Notes under the pieces: generated by a model
What the model was told of the DNA's origin: nothing
Databases searched by the model: none
The model's input: only the letters and a program-made list of their open reading frames with translations
Part shown: positions 1 to 12,062 of the stretch, piece after piece
Layout: each line of letters opens with the position of its first letter
Position numbering within the stretch: position 1 is the stretch's first letter
Program-made: the position numbers and the translations under genes
Source: Octopus sinensis
Lineage: Eukaryota
Direction of reading: 5' to 3'
DNA length: 64,000 nucleotides
NCBI RefSeq assembly: GCF_006345805.1
Contig: NC_043004.1
Location: forward strand, 74,276,001 to 74,340,000

Positions 1-323
1 GGATTTGTGCCTTGGAAGGTAACTTCCCAGGTGCAATCCCACAGTCATTCATGACCGAAGGGGGTCATTTACAATTTTAAAAGGAGGACATATTTGATAA
101 TGTTGATGATGATGATGATCTTAGATATATTATGCCTGAAAACAAAGATGGGTAATCATGGCTAGAATGCTTATCCACAGGATCAAAACTGACCTAGGGT
201 TACACAATAACAGCTAGATGAATATAGCAGTGCTCCAGCATGGCCAAGTCAAATGACTGAGACAAGTAAAAGAATAAAAGAACAGCTGAATTTAAAAGAA
301 TATTGGAAACGAAAATCCCTTAC

Positions 324-493
324 CTAACCGCATCTTCTCAACTGTTGCACTGTCCATAAAAGAAGCCAAGGCCTTTGACAACGCAAATCGAATGGACCCA
401 GCCTGACTGGTGTGGCCACCACCTTCGACAGTAGCTTCCACATCAACTTCTCCAATTTTCTTCACAAACTGAAGTGGATACAGCAATTGGGCT
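324..493 (-). CDS. MRPS9: MRPS9 exon (S9 domain); the terminal exon lies outside the window
   Basis: tttag|A GCC CAA...CGG TTA G|gtaagg, translating as AQLLYPLQFVKKIGEVDVEATVEGGGHTSQAGSIRFALSKALASFMDSATVEKMRL. Carries the uS9 GGG..QAGAIR signature. 170 nt. Confidence 0.97.
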
Positions 494-819
494 CTAAATA
501 AATAAAAATAGTTTTTATAGTCAGATACACTGCCAGATCAGACTGGGCCTGGTGCAGCCGCCTGGCTTCCCAGACCCCAGTCGAACCGTCCAACCCATGC
601 TAGCATGGAAAGCAGACGTTAAACGATAATGATGATGATGATAATGATAAGAGGGTGGATGAAATCCAACAGGGTGTGAATAAACATCGACTTTAGTGAA
701 GCATTATAAGCAAAGTGATTACAAATAAAAAGTGGAAGAATGGGATGATTGGGTGCAGCTGTTTGGACACTGGTGATGTGGTACAGCCAACTGGACACTG
801 AGCCTGTTCTGAAGATAGT

Positions 820-967
820 AGTTTCCGTCTACCAAATCCACTCACAAGGCATTGGTCAGCCCGGGGCTATAGCAGAAGACACTTGCCCAAGATGCCACGC
901 AGTGGGATTGAACCCGGAACCATGTGGTTGGTTAGCAAGCTACTTACCACACAGCCACTCCTGCGCC
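820..967 (-). mobile_element. tRNA-SINE 5' half. Further partial minus-strand copies at ~5700-5852, 6795-6915, 7680-7806, 12878-13030, 13965-14132, 14835-14998, 57275-57421 and 57880-58016
   Basis: Shared motif CTACCAAATCCACTCACAAGG...GAAGACACTTGCCCAAG...ACCACACAGCCACTCCTGCGCC. Confidence 0.82.
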
Positions 968-981
968 TATATATCTCTCTT

Positions 982-1018
<37 letters not shown>

Positions 1019-1271
1019 TATATATTTTATATAATATTCTTTATGTTTTTTTTTCTTTTATCACCTATTAGACTTACTTCCCTTATATTTAACGGATTTT
1101 TATAGCTTCTGTTGCCATTGATAGCCAACAAGAATGTACCATAGCTCTTCACTCCAGCATTCGAAACTCTGAGTACTATAATGACAACCTTTTACTGTTT
1201 ATTCTAAATTATACCATATATAAACAACCCTCTATTTCTCTAATATCTACGTCTCATTCTTTTGTTGTTAC

Positions 1272-1304
<33 letters not shown>

Positions 1305-1580
1305 CTATATGCATGCACACACACATATATGTATGCATGTGTACTCTTGTTGAGACATGACATGATGATCGTAAATGAGTGTCACTGTCACACAAGCAGT
1401 GTTGTTCACTTCCAATATTCTGCAAAGAAAGGGTTCGGCCATGGGGAAACATTATCTTTCTTAGAAACTGATGAGGGTTGGCAACAGGGAGGGAGGGGGG
1501 GTCTGGCTGTAGAAGATCTGCAAGGCTGGATTAGAATGGAGAAAGGAACAATTTGAGACAAGGAAAAAAACTATTCTTAC

Positions 1581-1686
1581 CTTGATGATTTCGATCTAAA
1601 GTAAAGTAAGTCTTGACCATTGATTGTAAACTTCCCACTGCCTTGAATCCACAGCGTAAGAGAAGTCAGACATGATTTTCTTTTTC
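1581..1686 (-). CDS. MRPS9: MRPS9 exon (start of the S9/S16 domain)
   Basis: cccag|GA AAA AGA AAA...TCA AG|gtaaga, translating as GKRKSCLTSLTLWIQGSGKFTINGQDLLYFRSKSS(R). Carries the uS9 GxRK...GxGxxxING signature. 106 nt. Confidence 0.96.
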
Positions 1687-2520
1687 CTGGGAAGAAAATA
1701 AAATGACCTTACAAAAATGTGAACTCGGAATATATTTTAACAAAATAATACTCTTTATTGTCATCATCATCATCATCATCATCCTCACCATTATAGTAAC
1801 ATTTGTTTTACCATGGTGACGTGGTTTGGCTAGGTCAGCAATACAACCATTCTGTTCATGGGTGTGTTTTGTCACGGCCATTCTGGTGCTACCTAATCGG
1901 TACTGCTGAGATGACACTGATATATTTGGTGTCAGACTTTTTAATGTTTCTCTCCTTCTCTCTCTCTTTCTCTATCTCTCTCTCTCTGTTTGTGTGTATG
2001 AGCATTTACTTCGTTTATCATCATCATCATCATTTAATGTCTATTTTCCATGCTGACAAGCCTGAGGGTTGCACCAGGCACGCTTTCTACGTCTGGATGC
2101 CCTTCCTAATGCCAACAACTTTACACAGTGTACAGGGTGCCTTTTATGTGGCGCCAGCACCACAGGGTCACCAAGTAGTCTGCAAGAGGAGGACCTCTCA
2201 GCTCAGTGAAGGAGAGGAAGTGAGAGAAGTGGCCATGTATCATGCAAGAGATTGGTGCATGACAGAGGGACAGGAATAGCTGTCTTACTACAGAGAAAAT
2301 GCTCGGCAGTCTCTATCTGTTTGTGTATATTTCCAGGCACCAAAAATTACTGTCACCCAAACATGTTGAATGTCCAGTCAACTGTGCCAAATCTTCAGCA
2401 CCAAAACAGCCATGCCAAATCATCTCATTCGGTCTCTCTCTTTATATTCTCTTGTGTCATCTTGTCCATGACAGCCAATGTTCTCAGATCTGAGCATACT
2501 ACTATTTCTCAGTAGCATAT

Positions 2521-3030
2521 TCATCATCATCATCACCAACATCGTTTAACATCTGTTTTCCATGCTGGCATGGGTTGGACGGTTTGACTGGGGTCTGGCA
2601 AGCCAAGAATCCACACCGGGCTCCAATCTGATCTGGCAATGTTTCTACAGTGTAGGGGGTGCTTTTTACGTGCCACTGACACAGGAGCCAGACGAGGCGA
2701 GGGGGCTGGCACCGACCATGTTCAGATTGTGCTCTTTACATGCCACCAGCACAGGAGCCAGTCAGACAGCGCTGGCACTGTCCATATTCAGATGGTGCTT
2801 TTTACGTGCCACTGGCACAGGAGCCAGTTGTGGCAAGTGGGGCTGGTACCGACCACGTTCAGATGGTACTTTTGATGTGCCACCAACAGAGCCAGTCAGG
2901 TGGCATTGGCAATGACCGAAGCATGAATGGTGCTTATTGCATGCCAACAGCATGGGAGCCAGTCAGGCAGCACTGGCATCAGCCACAATTACAATTTCCA
3001 TTTGATTGTGGTTTGATTTGATTTTGATGT
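2521..3030 (-). mobile_element. RTE-LINE 3'UTR fragment with several internal minisatellite units. Related (CAT)n/(GAT)n-tailed fragments at ~530-650, 2016-2280, 13560-13940, 15180-15995, 16280-16560, 19135-19414, 58770-58945, 59120-59245 and 59505-59775
   Basis: (CAT)n-CGTTTAAC...CCATGCTGGCATGGGTTGGACGGTTTGAC...GGTGCTTTTTACGTGCCAC repeats, homologous to 9135-10240. The 13560-13680 and 15285-15355 copies also keep the ORF end (..DLKTLGLTEGITRDRDTWR..). Confidence 0.82.
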
Positions 3031-3929
3031 ATTGTTCCTACCAGCAATTAATACTTATGTACCAGTTGCCAGGAATGTGTTTAATATGTAAAAATTGGTC
3101 CATTCAATTAGTGTCACACTGCTAAACTTAGTGGCTATCTTAAGCAATGTGTTCAGGAATAGTCAATGGATTAGAAGTGAGACTGAAGAAAGAGCAACAA
3201 CTCCTGAAATATGCATATACTCCCAGTACCTATTCTTCTATCTTCAATCACATTGTTTACACAGATGTATTCATATAGATAAAAAAAAACATCATAACTT
3301 TCAGTGTTGGCTCTAATTTCTACAGAAAATCTGGAGAATATAAATTTAAATGAGTACTGTTTCTGTTTCCTTCACCCTGCCTCCCTAACATCCCAACATC
3401 TGTTCTCTCCATCATTAATTCATCACCCATTTTTATGCATTTTTTGATGGAGTATTTATGTATCATTTACCCGGTATTTATATATCATTGTTTACATTAC
3501 AACTTGTCTCTACCCAAATATTCCTTGCATTAGCCAAAACTTTAAATATCTAACCACTTCATCAACTCATCTCCGCTCAGCCTTTCTTAGGACATCTGAT
3601 ACACTTAAAGGACCATAAGAAAATTCCTTAAGAGTTTGTAACGTTTAAAGCGAATTCTTTCTTTATTGGCCACAAGGGCCGTGATAACATTTAAGACAAT
3701 ACAAAGACAAAGAACAATGAGGATTTACATGGAAAAATGCAAACAATAAAGCAATAATAATTTGCAAAAACATCTTAACAAGCAAAATCCCCAATAGGGA
3801 GGAATATGTCACCCAGGGGTAACCAAGGAACCTCATAGATCCCAACCCACCCAACTCAGGAAGAGTACGATGGCAAAAGCTCTCCTCTCCTCCATATTCC
3901 TCAGCCAATTGGCACTAGCTTAGAGTCAG

Positions 3930-5200
3930 CTCACTTACTCAAATCCTGCTAACCAAATTCACCCACCTTCCAACAAATTTACAGGGTAACAACAGCACAT
4001 TCCTCTCAAACCACACTTTTTTTTTTCATTGAAATGAAATTCTAAAAAGTTGATGAGGCTGAAGAGGAAAATGTCTGTCTTCAGTCTTTTTAGTTTCATT
4101 CGCTCAATAACCACTTTTGCCATTAACCACAAAAGACAGAGAAACATACTTCCCAACCAAAGGAAGTTGATGGAGTTGGCCAATAGATGGATTTCTCCAC
4201 CACCATAACTCCACAAGTTAGCAATTCTCAAATGCTGTACAAGCACATGCAGGGCAGTTTCATCGCTCTGTGCACATCAAGGGCAAATATGGCTGTCAGC
4301 ACTACAATGCCTGTAGAGCCTATACCGAACTGGCAATGCCCTCAGGAGCACTTTCAGGCCAAGAATTTCTGGATATTATTCATGGACATCTGACCCAAAA
4401 GTCCTTCAGAAAAGAGCAACCAGTTGATCTTCATCAACATCCAGAGTTTCTCCTTGTCACTCTTGCCCACCACTGATCCTCTACAGAACACCATGGTGGA
4501 CCATTTACCAACTGCATAGCCTGACTGACAGAGGAATGTGAACGCTTGATGGCACCCAAACTGCAGCTCAATCGAAGTCTTAGGCTGAGGAAAAGCATGT
4601 TGAACAAACACTAACCAGCCCTACTCACTAACAAGGAAACACTGGAGATGCTGTAGCTTCAGTGTATGTCTGCACGTTATTAGCCACATGGTCAGTCCTT
4701 CATCTATCAGATGCCGACAGCAAGTGGACCATCTGACTAGTAGGACACGTTCCCTCCACAAAATGTAAAAGGCAAATGCTCCTATTTGGTCAGCCATGAA
4801 GAAAGGGCACAGCAAGATGGTCAAGTGAGAATAGATGACTAATGCAATGTAAGCATTCGCCAGCTCTGCCTGGCCCTTCAGGGATAGTTTCTTCTCAGCC
4901 CATTTGTGGATGAGACTAGCCACTCTGCACATTACTGTTTCTTGTCCACTTGGAGGGCTAGATCAAACCAAACCCAAAGCAGCTTGACCTGTCCATCTGT
5001 CCAGTGCAACAACACCATTGAACATTATGGAACTGCATCTCCAGTGCCAAATTGTAGGATCAACTCTTGCTTAATTTTTGTACCTGTCACTACTTTGTAT
5101 TTCCTCAGAGTACTGCCAATGACCTCAATGCCACCTTCAGGACAGCCACCAAGTACTGATGGTCAACCCTACCAAAAGCTTTTGACTGATCCAAATTGAT
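3930..5200 (-). mobile_element. Decayed L1/Tx1-like LINE ORF2 remnant (RT thumb to zinc-binding region)
   Basis: Frameshifted fragments WAEKKLSLKGQAELAN, WRERVLLVRWSTCCRH..EGL and ALPV...C..ETALHVLV..RIANLW resemble the L1/Tx1 ORF2 C-terminus. Many stops; ends are approximate. Confidence 0.65.
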
Positions 5201-5939
5201 CAAGGCCCCATCTTTGCCAGGTTCTTTACCACTCCTTCCTTTCTATGATGTGTCTCATAAGGTGGAGGCCAACATCGATACATCTGTTTAGTATGGCCAT
5301 AATGTAATTAAACAGTATAATTAAAAAAAACAAAAACACAAATAAAATACACATCTACATGTGGGTGAAGAGTCACTCCCTGTTTTTGCTGAAGGTCCTC
5401 CACAACTCTAACTGCCTTCCATTTCTATATACACCTCATCCAGGCACTGATGACTGTCAGTCTCAAAAAGGGCCCTTGAGTGAGTGAGTGATCTTCATCA
5501 TCATCCTTTTAACATTTTCCCCATGCTTGCATGGATCAGATGGAGCTTACTGAGGTAGACTTTCTAAGGTAGGATGGCCTTCCTGTCACCAACTTTCGCT
5601 TTCACAGGAGATTAAAAATGTAGGACACTGCTTGTATGATAGTGATGATCATGTACAATTGTCACATGAAGTCAGGACAAGAACACACACACACACATAC
5701 AAGCTTCCATACAGTTTCCATCCATTCAAAAGGTTTTAGTCGACCTGGGGCTATAGTAGAAGACATTTGCCCAAGCCAAGGTGTCACCCAGTGGAAGTTG
5801 AACCCATAACCATGAGGTTGGAAAGGAAGCTTCTTAACCACACAGCCACTCCTCTATCTATTATGATAAATCAGTGGAAATTATTTCAAATACAGACCAG
5901 AACTTATGTAGAAAAAACAAAATCATTGTTGGACCTTAC

Positions 5940-5982
5940 CTACGGTTTTTACATACTGGCGACCATCTTCATCAATAAGAGG
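5940..5982 (-). CDS. MRPS9: MRPS9 exon
   Basis: tttcag|CCT CTT ATT GAT GAA GAT GGT CGC CAG TAT GTA AAA ACC GTA G|gtaagg, translating as PLIDEDGRQYVKTV(G). 43 nt. Confidence 0.92.
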
Positions 5983-6953
5983 CTGAAATAAGAACAAACA
6001 GATATATTTCTGAGGAGGACCAAAACAAATATTTTCCATCACTGCAAAAGCTTAATTTATTTACCTTGAGTTAAGTCATACTGACAATTTCTAAAAGGAA
6101 TGAAATGGTGCTATACATGTTTACCTATGACCAGTAAGTTTAAGACTTGCCTAATAAGTAAGCAAAAAGAAAATTACATATGTATGTTCTATGCATCTTC
6201 TTCCTTATTCTTCAATACTTATTCTTTAATCTAATGAAGAAACGATTATCTCCCTTGTACTAATTATCCACGAGGGGAATCCTCATGTTTGGTTTAATCA
6301 CCAATTAGTGAAACAAACAACTGCAATTTTATGGCAGATAAAATTAATTTTAATCCTATTTAAACATATTTTTCTTTCAATCACTGTCATATTTTAAAAC
6401 AGTTCAAGAATGGTAAGAATTGATTTGCCGGATGATGAATATGAAAATTTAAATATTTTGAATAGTAACCGCCTTTACAGAAGTTTTGCATAAAATTAAT
6501 TTTAATGATAACATTAAACACATTGTAATTAAAAAAAAAACAAAGGAGAAAGCTTTTCAAATATAAATAAACTGGAAGCATACGAAAATAAACATTATTC
6601 TCCATCTTTCTGTGAATTTTGTTTCATTTTGAAAAATAAAAAATTTATTTTATGGCTTATTATTGTTTACATTTTGAACCATTTATGTATACTTGAGGGC
6701 ACCAAAACCTTTTAAGTGCTTAGGGCCTCTATGGGACTTAATCCAGCTCTGTTTTTACCTATCAAAGGAGCTACAAGCACTTCACATGATGGAACTTCCA
6801 TCTACCAAATCCGCTCACAAGTTTTTGGTCAGCTGAGGCAATAGTACAAGACACTTGCCTGAGGTGCCATATGTGGGATTGAACTCGGAACCATGCGATT
6901 GGGAGGTAAGCTTCATACATAGATCATAAGTGTAATGTTTAAATGGAACTTAC

Positions 6954-7079
6954 GGTTTCAATTTGAATTTGTGAAAGCTGGTTTTCATATTTCTTTCTGT
7001 ATTTTAAAGTGAATTCCTCTTCTGTGGCGCTAAATTGCTGAGACACCAGACGTTCCATTAGATTAATGAAGTTGTTATG
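6954..7079 (-). CDS. MRPS9: MRPS9 exon
   Basis: ttgcag|CAT AAC...GAA ACC|gtaagt, translating as HNNFINLMERLVSQQFSATEEEFTLKYRKKYENQLSQIQIET. 126 nt, phase 0/0. Confidence 0.93.
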
Positions 7080-7150
7080 CTGCAACGACAAGAATAAGAC
7101 TCAAGACAATTCCTCTACAAAACAAAAATAACAGGAAGAACAATGAACCT

Positions 7151-7181
<31 letters not shown>

Positions 7182-7250
7182 ACGTATATATATAAAGAAA
7201 ATGAGATGACAAGGGAATAAATAATGAAATAATTATCTAATGAACTTCAT

Positions 7251-7331
7251 TAGCTTACAGTTGTTTCTGCTCTAAGATGCAATGGACTCATAGTTGGGGT
7301 CCTGAGTAACACCTTATAACTTCATCAGAGC

Positions 7332-7333
<2 letters not shown>
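7251..7333 (-). ncRNA. Type I hammerhead ribozyme-like motif (Penelope/retrozyme type)
   Basis: Minus strand reads TAGCT-CTGATGA-[AGTTATAAGGTGT...ACTCA...TGAGT...GCATCTTAGAGCA]-GAAAC-AACT-GTA-AGCTA. Both core boxes, a 5-bp stem I, a long stem II with G:U pairs, a minimal stem III and a GUA cleavage triplet are present. Confidence 0.7.
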
Positions 7334-7362
<29 letters not shown>

Positions 7363-8132
7363 GTCCATTTTTTTTTCCATCCTTGTTTTTGTATACATTC
7401 GCTGTTTTCTTCCAAGGAATCTAATGCTCTTAGCTTAGTTTTTTCCTGGGGGCTGGCCAGATTGGAGCAATCTCAAGTATAATCAGCCAAAATTCCAAAG
7501 ATAATCTGGTACTTGACTGAGGAAAGAAAACTTTGAATGACCCGTCCTTGTTTTCTTTGTATCGTCTATCTGGATGTTTTGTGTATTACCTAACTGTCCG
7601 GATGGCTTGCGTTCTTGTCCAGTTTTGTATTTTATATATATATATATATACACACACATATATTTAAGTACATGGTGGATTTCTTTCAGTTTCCATATAG
7701 CATATCCAGTCAGAAAGCTTTAGTAGAAGACTGTTGCCCACAGTGGCACTGAGCCTGAAGCCATGGGCCTGAGAAGCTAACTTCTTAACCACACAGCTAC
7801 ACCTGCACCCACACACACATGTATGGAACATAGACATGAAATGATGATGACAAACAAAGACTTAGAAACTTACATGCATACATATGTATGTGTGTGTTTA
7901 TAAATGTATGATGAATTCCAGCATTACATAATCACACTTTGAAGTAATACTTTGGTGAACTTATCACATCATCGTCATCATCATCTACGTTTTTCTTATT
8001 TAAGTAGGAAATATTAAAAAATTTCAAATAGGCCAGGTTTCACTGATCAAAACACCTTTGATTTAGAACTCAAAACTCAAGCTAGAGCAACCATTTATTC
8101 AACCAATGAACTGAAAAGGTGGGCATTAGATA

Positions 8133-8274
8133 GGCGTAGGAATGGCTGTGTGGTAAGTAGCTTGCTTACCAACCACATGGTTCTGAGTTCAGTCCCACTG
8201 CATGGCACCTTGGGCAAGTGTCTTCTACTATAGCCTCAAGCCGACCAAAGCCTTGTGAGTGGATTTGGTAGACG

Positions 8275-8317
<43 letters not shown>

Positions 8318-8540
8318 TGTGTGTATATGTTTGTGTGTCTGTGTTTGTCACCCCAACATCGCTTGACAACTGATGCTGGTGTGTTTACGTACCTGTAACT
8401 TAGCGGTTTGGCAAAAGAGACCAATAGAATAAGTACTTGGCTTACAAAGAATAAGTCATGAGGTCGATTTATTAGACTAAAGGTGGTGCTTCAGCATGGC
8501 CGCAGTCAAATGACTGAAATAAATACAAGAATACAAGAAT
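8133..8540 (+). mobile_element. tRNA-derived SINE, near full length (abundant family)
   Basis: GGCGTAGGAATGGCTGTGTGGTAAG (A box)...GAGTTCAGTCCC (B box), body, internal (TA)n, and a 3' end CAGCATGGCCGCAGTCAAATGACTGAAA with an (AGAAT)-like tail. Confidence 0.85.
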
Positions 8541-8703
8541 ATGAAGACCATTAGAATTGAATACCTTAACTAAAAACATCGCAGTGTTGGCACCAGGGCA
8601 GGGTTCCATCCAGGCAGTAGTGTTAGAAGAAGCTTCGCCCAACCTATATCCCCATGGCAAAAACAGGTACGAAAAATAAAATGAAGCTAAAACATATACT
8701 TAC

Positions 8704-8779
8704 ATCTTCTTCCGTGATTTTTTCTAAAACTATTTGCTTCAAACGATCCAAGTCGATCCATTCGCTACTTCTTAAATTT
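8704..8779 (-). CDS. MRPS9: MRPS9 exon
   Basis: atctag|A AAT TTA...GAA GAT|gtaagt, translating as NLRSSEWIDLDRLKQIVLEKITEED (cf. [20 protein letters not shown]). 76 nt. Confidence 0.92.
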
Positions 8780-8855
8780 CTAGATGAAAATATGAATTTA
8801 AAAGAATATAAAATTCAACGTTAGATTTTAGTAAAACTTTCACTGAAATACTTAG

Positions 8856-9078
8856 CCCTTTCGTTACCAATCCGGCTGAAACCGGCTCTGGCTCTGAGTA
8901 CAAATGTCTTGTTTCCATAAGTTTTGAATTAAAATCTTCCACCAAACCTTAGTCACAATTTATGTTCCTAACACTAGCTGAATGATAATAACCAAATTAT
9001 TTTACTAAATTCTTTGTTATATTTAAAGTAATTGAAAGAAACACAGAGCATCTCAAAATAAATACAGTAACGGAAGGG
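8856..9078. mobile_element. piggyBac-like non-autonomous element (MITE)
   Basis: TIRs CCCTTTCGTTAC / GTAACGGAAGGG, flanked by TTAG (mutated TTAA) and TTAA. Confidence 0.8.
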
Positions 9079-9134
9079 TTAAGCCAATGCTAAACAAGAG
9101 AAAACTCATTTCACATTACAAACTGCTTATTTTG

Positions 9135-11390
9135 TATCATCATCATCATCATCATCGTTTAACGTCCGTTTTCCGCGCTAGCACAGGTTGGACGGTTCGA
9201 CCGGGGTCTGGGGATCCAGGGGCTGCCCCAGGCTCCAGTCTGGTCTGGCAGTGTTTCTACAGCTGGATGCCCTTCCTAACGCCAACCACTCCGCGAGTGT
9301 AGTGGGTGCTTTTTACGTGCCACCTGCACAGGTACCAGAGGGGTCTGGCATCGGCCACGATCGGTTGGTGCTTTTTTATGTGCTACCGGCACAGAAGCCA
9401 GTCAAGGCGGTGCTGGCATCAGCCACGTTCAGATGGTGCTTTTTATGTGCCACCGGCACAGAAGCCATTCGGGGCAGGGTTGGCATCGGTCACGTTCGGA
9501 TGGTGCTTTTTATGTGCCACCGGCACAGAAGCCAGTGGAGGCTGCACTGGCAACGGCCACGTTCGGATGGTGCTGGCGGGGTTGGCAACGGTCACGTTCG
9601 GATGGAGCTTTTTATGTGCCACCGGCACAGAATCCAGTGGAGGCTGCACTGGCAACGGCCACGTTCGGATGGAGCTTTTTATGTGCCACCGGCACAGAAG
9701 CCAGTGGAGGTTGCACTGGCAACAGCCACGTTCGGATGGTGCTTTTTATGTGTCACCGGCACAGGTATCACAACTACTACTGTTTCCATTGATATTTGGT
9801 TCGATTCTCATGTACATGCACTTGACTCACCAGGTCTCCTCAAGCACAGCGAGATGTTCCGGGATCCCACGATCGGTTGGTGCTTTTTATGTGCCACTGG
9901 CACAGAAGCCAGTGGAGGCTGCACTGGTAACGGCCACGTTCAGATGGTGCTTTTTATGTGTCACCGGCACAGGTATCACAACTACTGTTTCCATTGATAT
10001 TTGGTTCGATGTTCATGTGCCACCGGCACAGAAGCCATTCGAGGCGGGGTTGGCATCGGTCACAGTCGGATGGTGCTTTTTATGTGCCACCAGCACAGGA
10101 GCCAGGGGAGGCTGCACTGGCAACGGCCACGTTCGGATGGTGCTTTTTATGTGTCCCCGGCACAGGAATCAACAACTGTTTCCATTGATATTTGATTCGA
10201 TGTTCATGTATATGTATATGCACTTGACTCAACAGGTCTCCTCAAGCACAGCGAGATGTTCCGGGATCCAGGGTACTTTGGATGGGCAGGGGGTATGAGG
10301 AACTGGTGCCGGAAGCATCTCGGGTCTTAGTAGTCACAGCACATCTCCAGAGATCTCGGTCCTTCGCCATTGCCTCAGTGAGGCCCAACGCTCTGAGGTC
10401 ATGCTTGACTACCTCATCCCATGTCTTCCTGGGTCTACCTCTCCCCCTGATTCCTTCAACTGTTCGGGAGTGGCACTTCTTCACACATCTCTCCTCATCC
10501 ATCCGCAGTACATGACCATACCATCGCAAGCATCGCTCTTGCACACCGCATCTGATGCTTCTTATGCCTAGCATTTCTCTCAGGGTGCTTACACTCTGTC
10601 GTGCATTCACACTGACATTACACATCCAGCGGATCATGCTAGCTTCATTTCTTTCAAGTCTACGCATGTCCTCTGCAGTCACGGCCCATGATTCACTGCC
10701 GTGAAGCATGGCGGTTCGCACACATGCATCATACAATCTACCTTTCACTCTGAGTGAGAGACCCTTTGTCGCCAGTAGGGGTAGGAGCTTTCTAAACTTT
10801 ACCCAGGCTATTCGTATTATAGTGGTGACACTCTCTGTGCATCCACCCCCACTACTAACTTGGTCACCCAGGTAGCGGAAACTATCAACTACTTCTAGTT
10901 TCTCCCCCTGGAGTGTGATGGAATCTGTTTTTTTAGTGTCTGTGGTGTCTATTGTCCCTATGCATCTGCCGCACATGAAAGCTATCTTATCAGTTAATTT
11001 CCCTTTGATGTTGCTGCACCTCTTATGCGTCCATAGCTTACACTGGGTGCATCTTATGGAGTTTCTACCTACACCTTTCTTACAGCTCGAGCAGGGCCAC
11101 CTGCCCGATGGGGTGTGTGCTGAGTTCGCCTTTCTGCATACTATAACTTTGGTCTTCGCTACATTTACTCTAAAGCCCTTAGATTCTAACCCTTGTTTCC
11201 ACACCCGAAATTTCTTTTTTAGTTCCGGTAGTGATTCTACTATGAGGGCCAGGTCATCAGCATAGAGGAGCTCCCAGGGGCAACCTGTTTTGAATTCCTC
11301 TGTTATTGCCTGGAGGACTATGATGAATAAAAGGGGACTGAGGGCCGAGCCCTGGTGTACCCCTACTTCAACCCGAAATTCTTCACTATA
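9135..11390 (-). mobile_element. 5'-truncated RTE-clade LINE: RT C-terminal half with intact frame, minisatellite-bearing 3'UTR and (GAT)n tail
   Basis: ORF 10242-11390 has GVHQGSALSPLLF, LLYADDL, FRYLG, RLRWYGHV-like and GRGRPRKTW motifs. The 3'UTR (9135-10240) has ~65-68-bp repeats and ends at (CAT)n on the plus strand. Confidence 0.93.
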
Positions 11391-11649
11391 AACAAAAATC
11401 ATTAATTACAAGGAGATAAGGTTTTGGGATCATTAGATAAGGTTTTTGGAACAGATGCACACAGTGGCAGTGCTAAAGATGTTCACTTTGCAACTAAAAT
11501 GGAAATAACAGCTTCCAGAGAGCAGCAAAGGAAAACAAACAGATTATAGGATTAACCATCATAATCGTTGTTGTTGCTGTTGTTGTTGTCATGATAACAT
11601 TTATACACGGGAAATGTTGCACAGGTGGTAGAGAATCTCCTTGGGCTGA

Positions 11650-11847
11650 TATTCTTTTATTTGTTTCAGTCATTTGACTGCGGCCATGCTGGAGCACTGC
11701 CTTTAGTCGAGCAAATCAATCCCAGGACTTATTCTTTGTAAGCCTATTAATTATTCTATCGGTCTTTTTTGCCAAACTGCTAAGTTACAGGGACGTAAAC
11801 ACACCAGCATTGGTTGTCAAGTTATGTTGTGGGGGACAAACAGACAT

Positions 11848-11892
<45 letters not shown>

Positions 11893-12062
11893 TATATACA
11901 ACAGGCTTCTTTCAGCTTCCATCTACCAAATCCACTCACAAGGCTTTGGTTGGCTTGAAGCTGTAGTAGAAGACACTTGCACAAGGTGCCACACAATGAG
12001 ACTGAACCCAGAACCATGTGGTTGGTAAGCAAGCTTCTTACCACACAGCCACTCCTGTGCCT
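11650..12062 (-). mobile_element. tRNA-derived SINE, same family, near full length
   Basis: Reverse-complement match to 8133-8540. Confidence 0.85.

Noticed and set aside
7370-7630. Second hammerhead (CTGAGGA...GAAAAC at ~7518-7532) in a TA-flanked repeat
   Set aside because: No convincing stem II or stem I pairing and no cleavage triplet geometry.
9188-10298. 269-aa and 330-aa plus-strand ORFs
   Set aside because: Antisense translations of the LINE 3'UTR minisatellite with no recognisable domain.
9120-11410. Target-site duplication for the RTE insertion
   Set aside because: No matching direct repeat found at the two flanks by eye.
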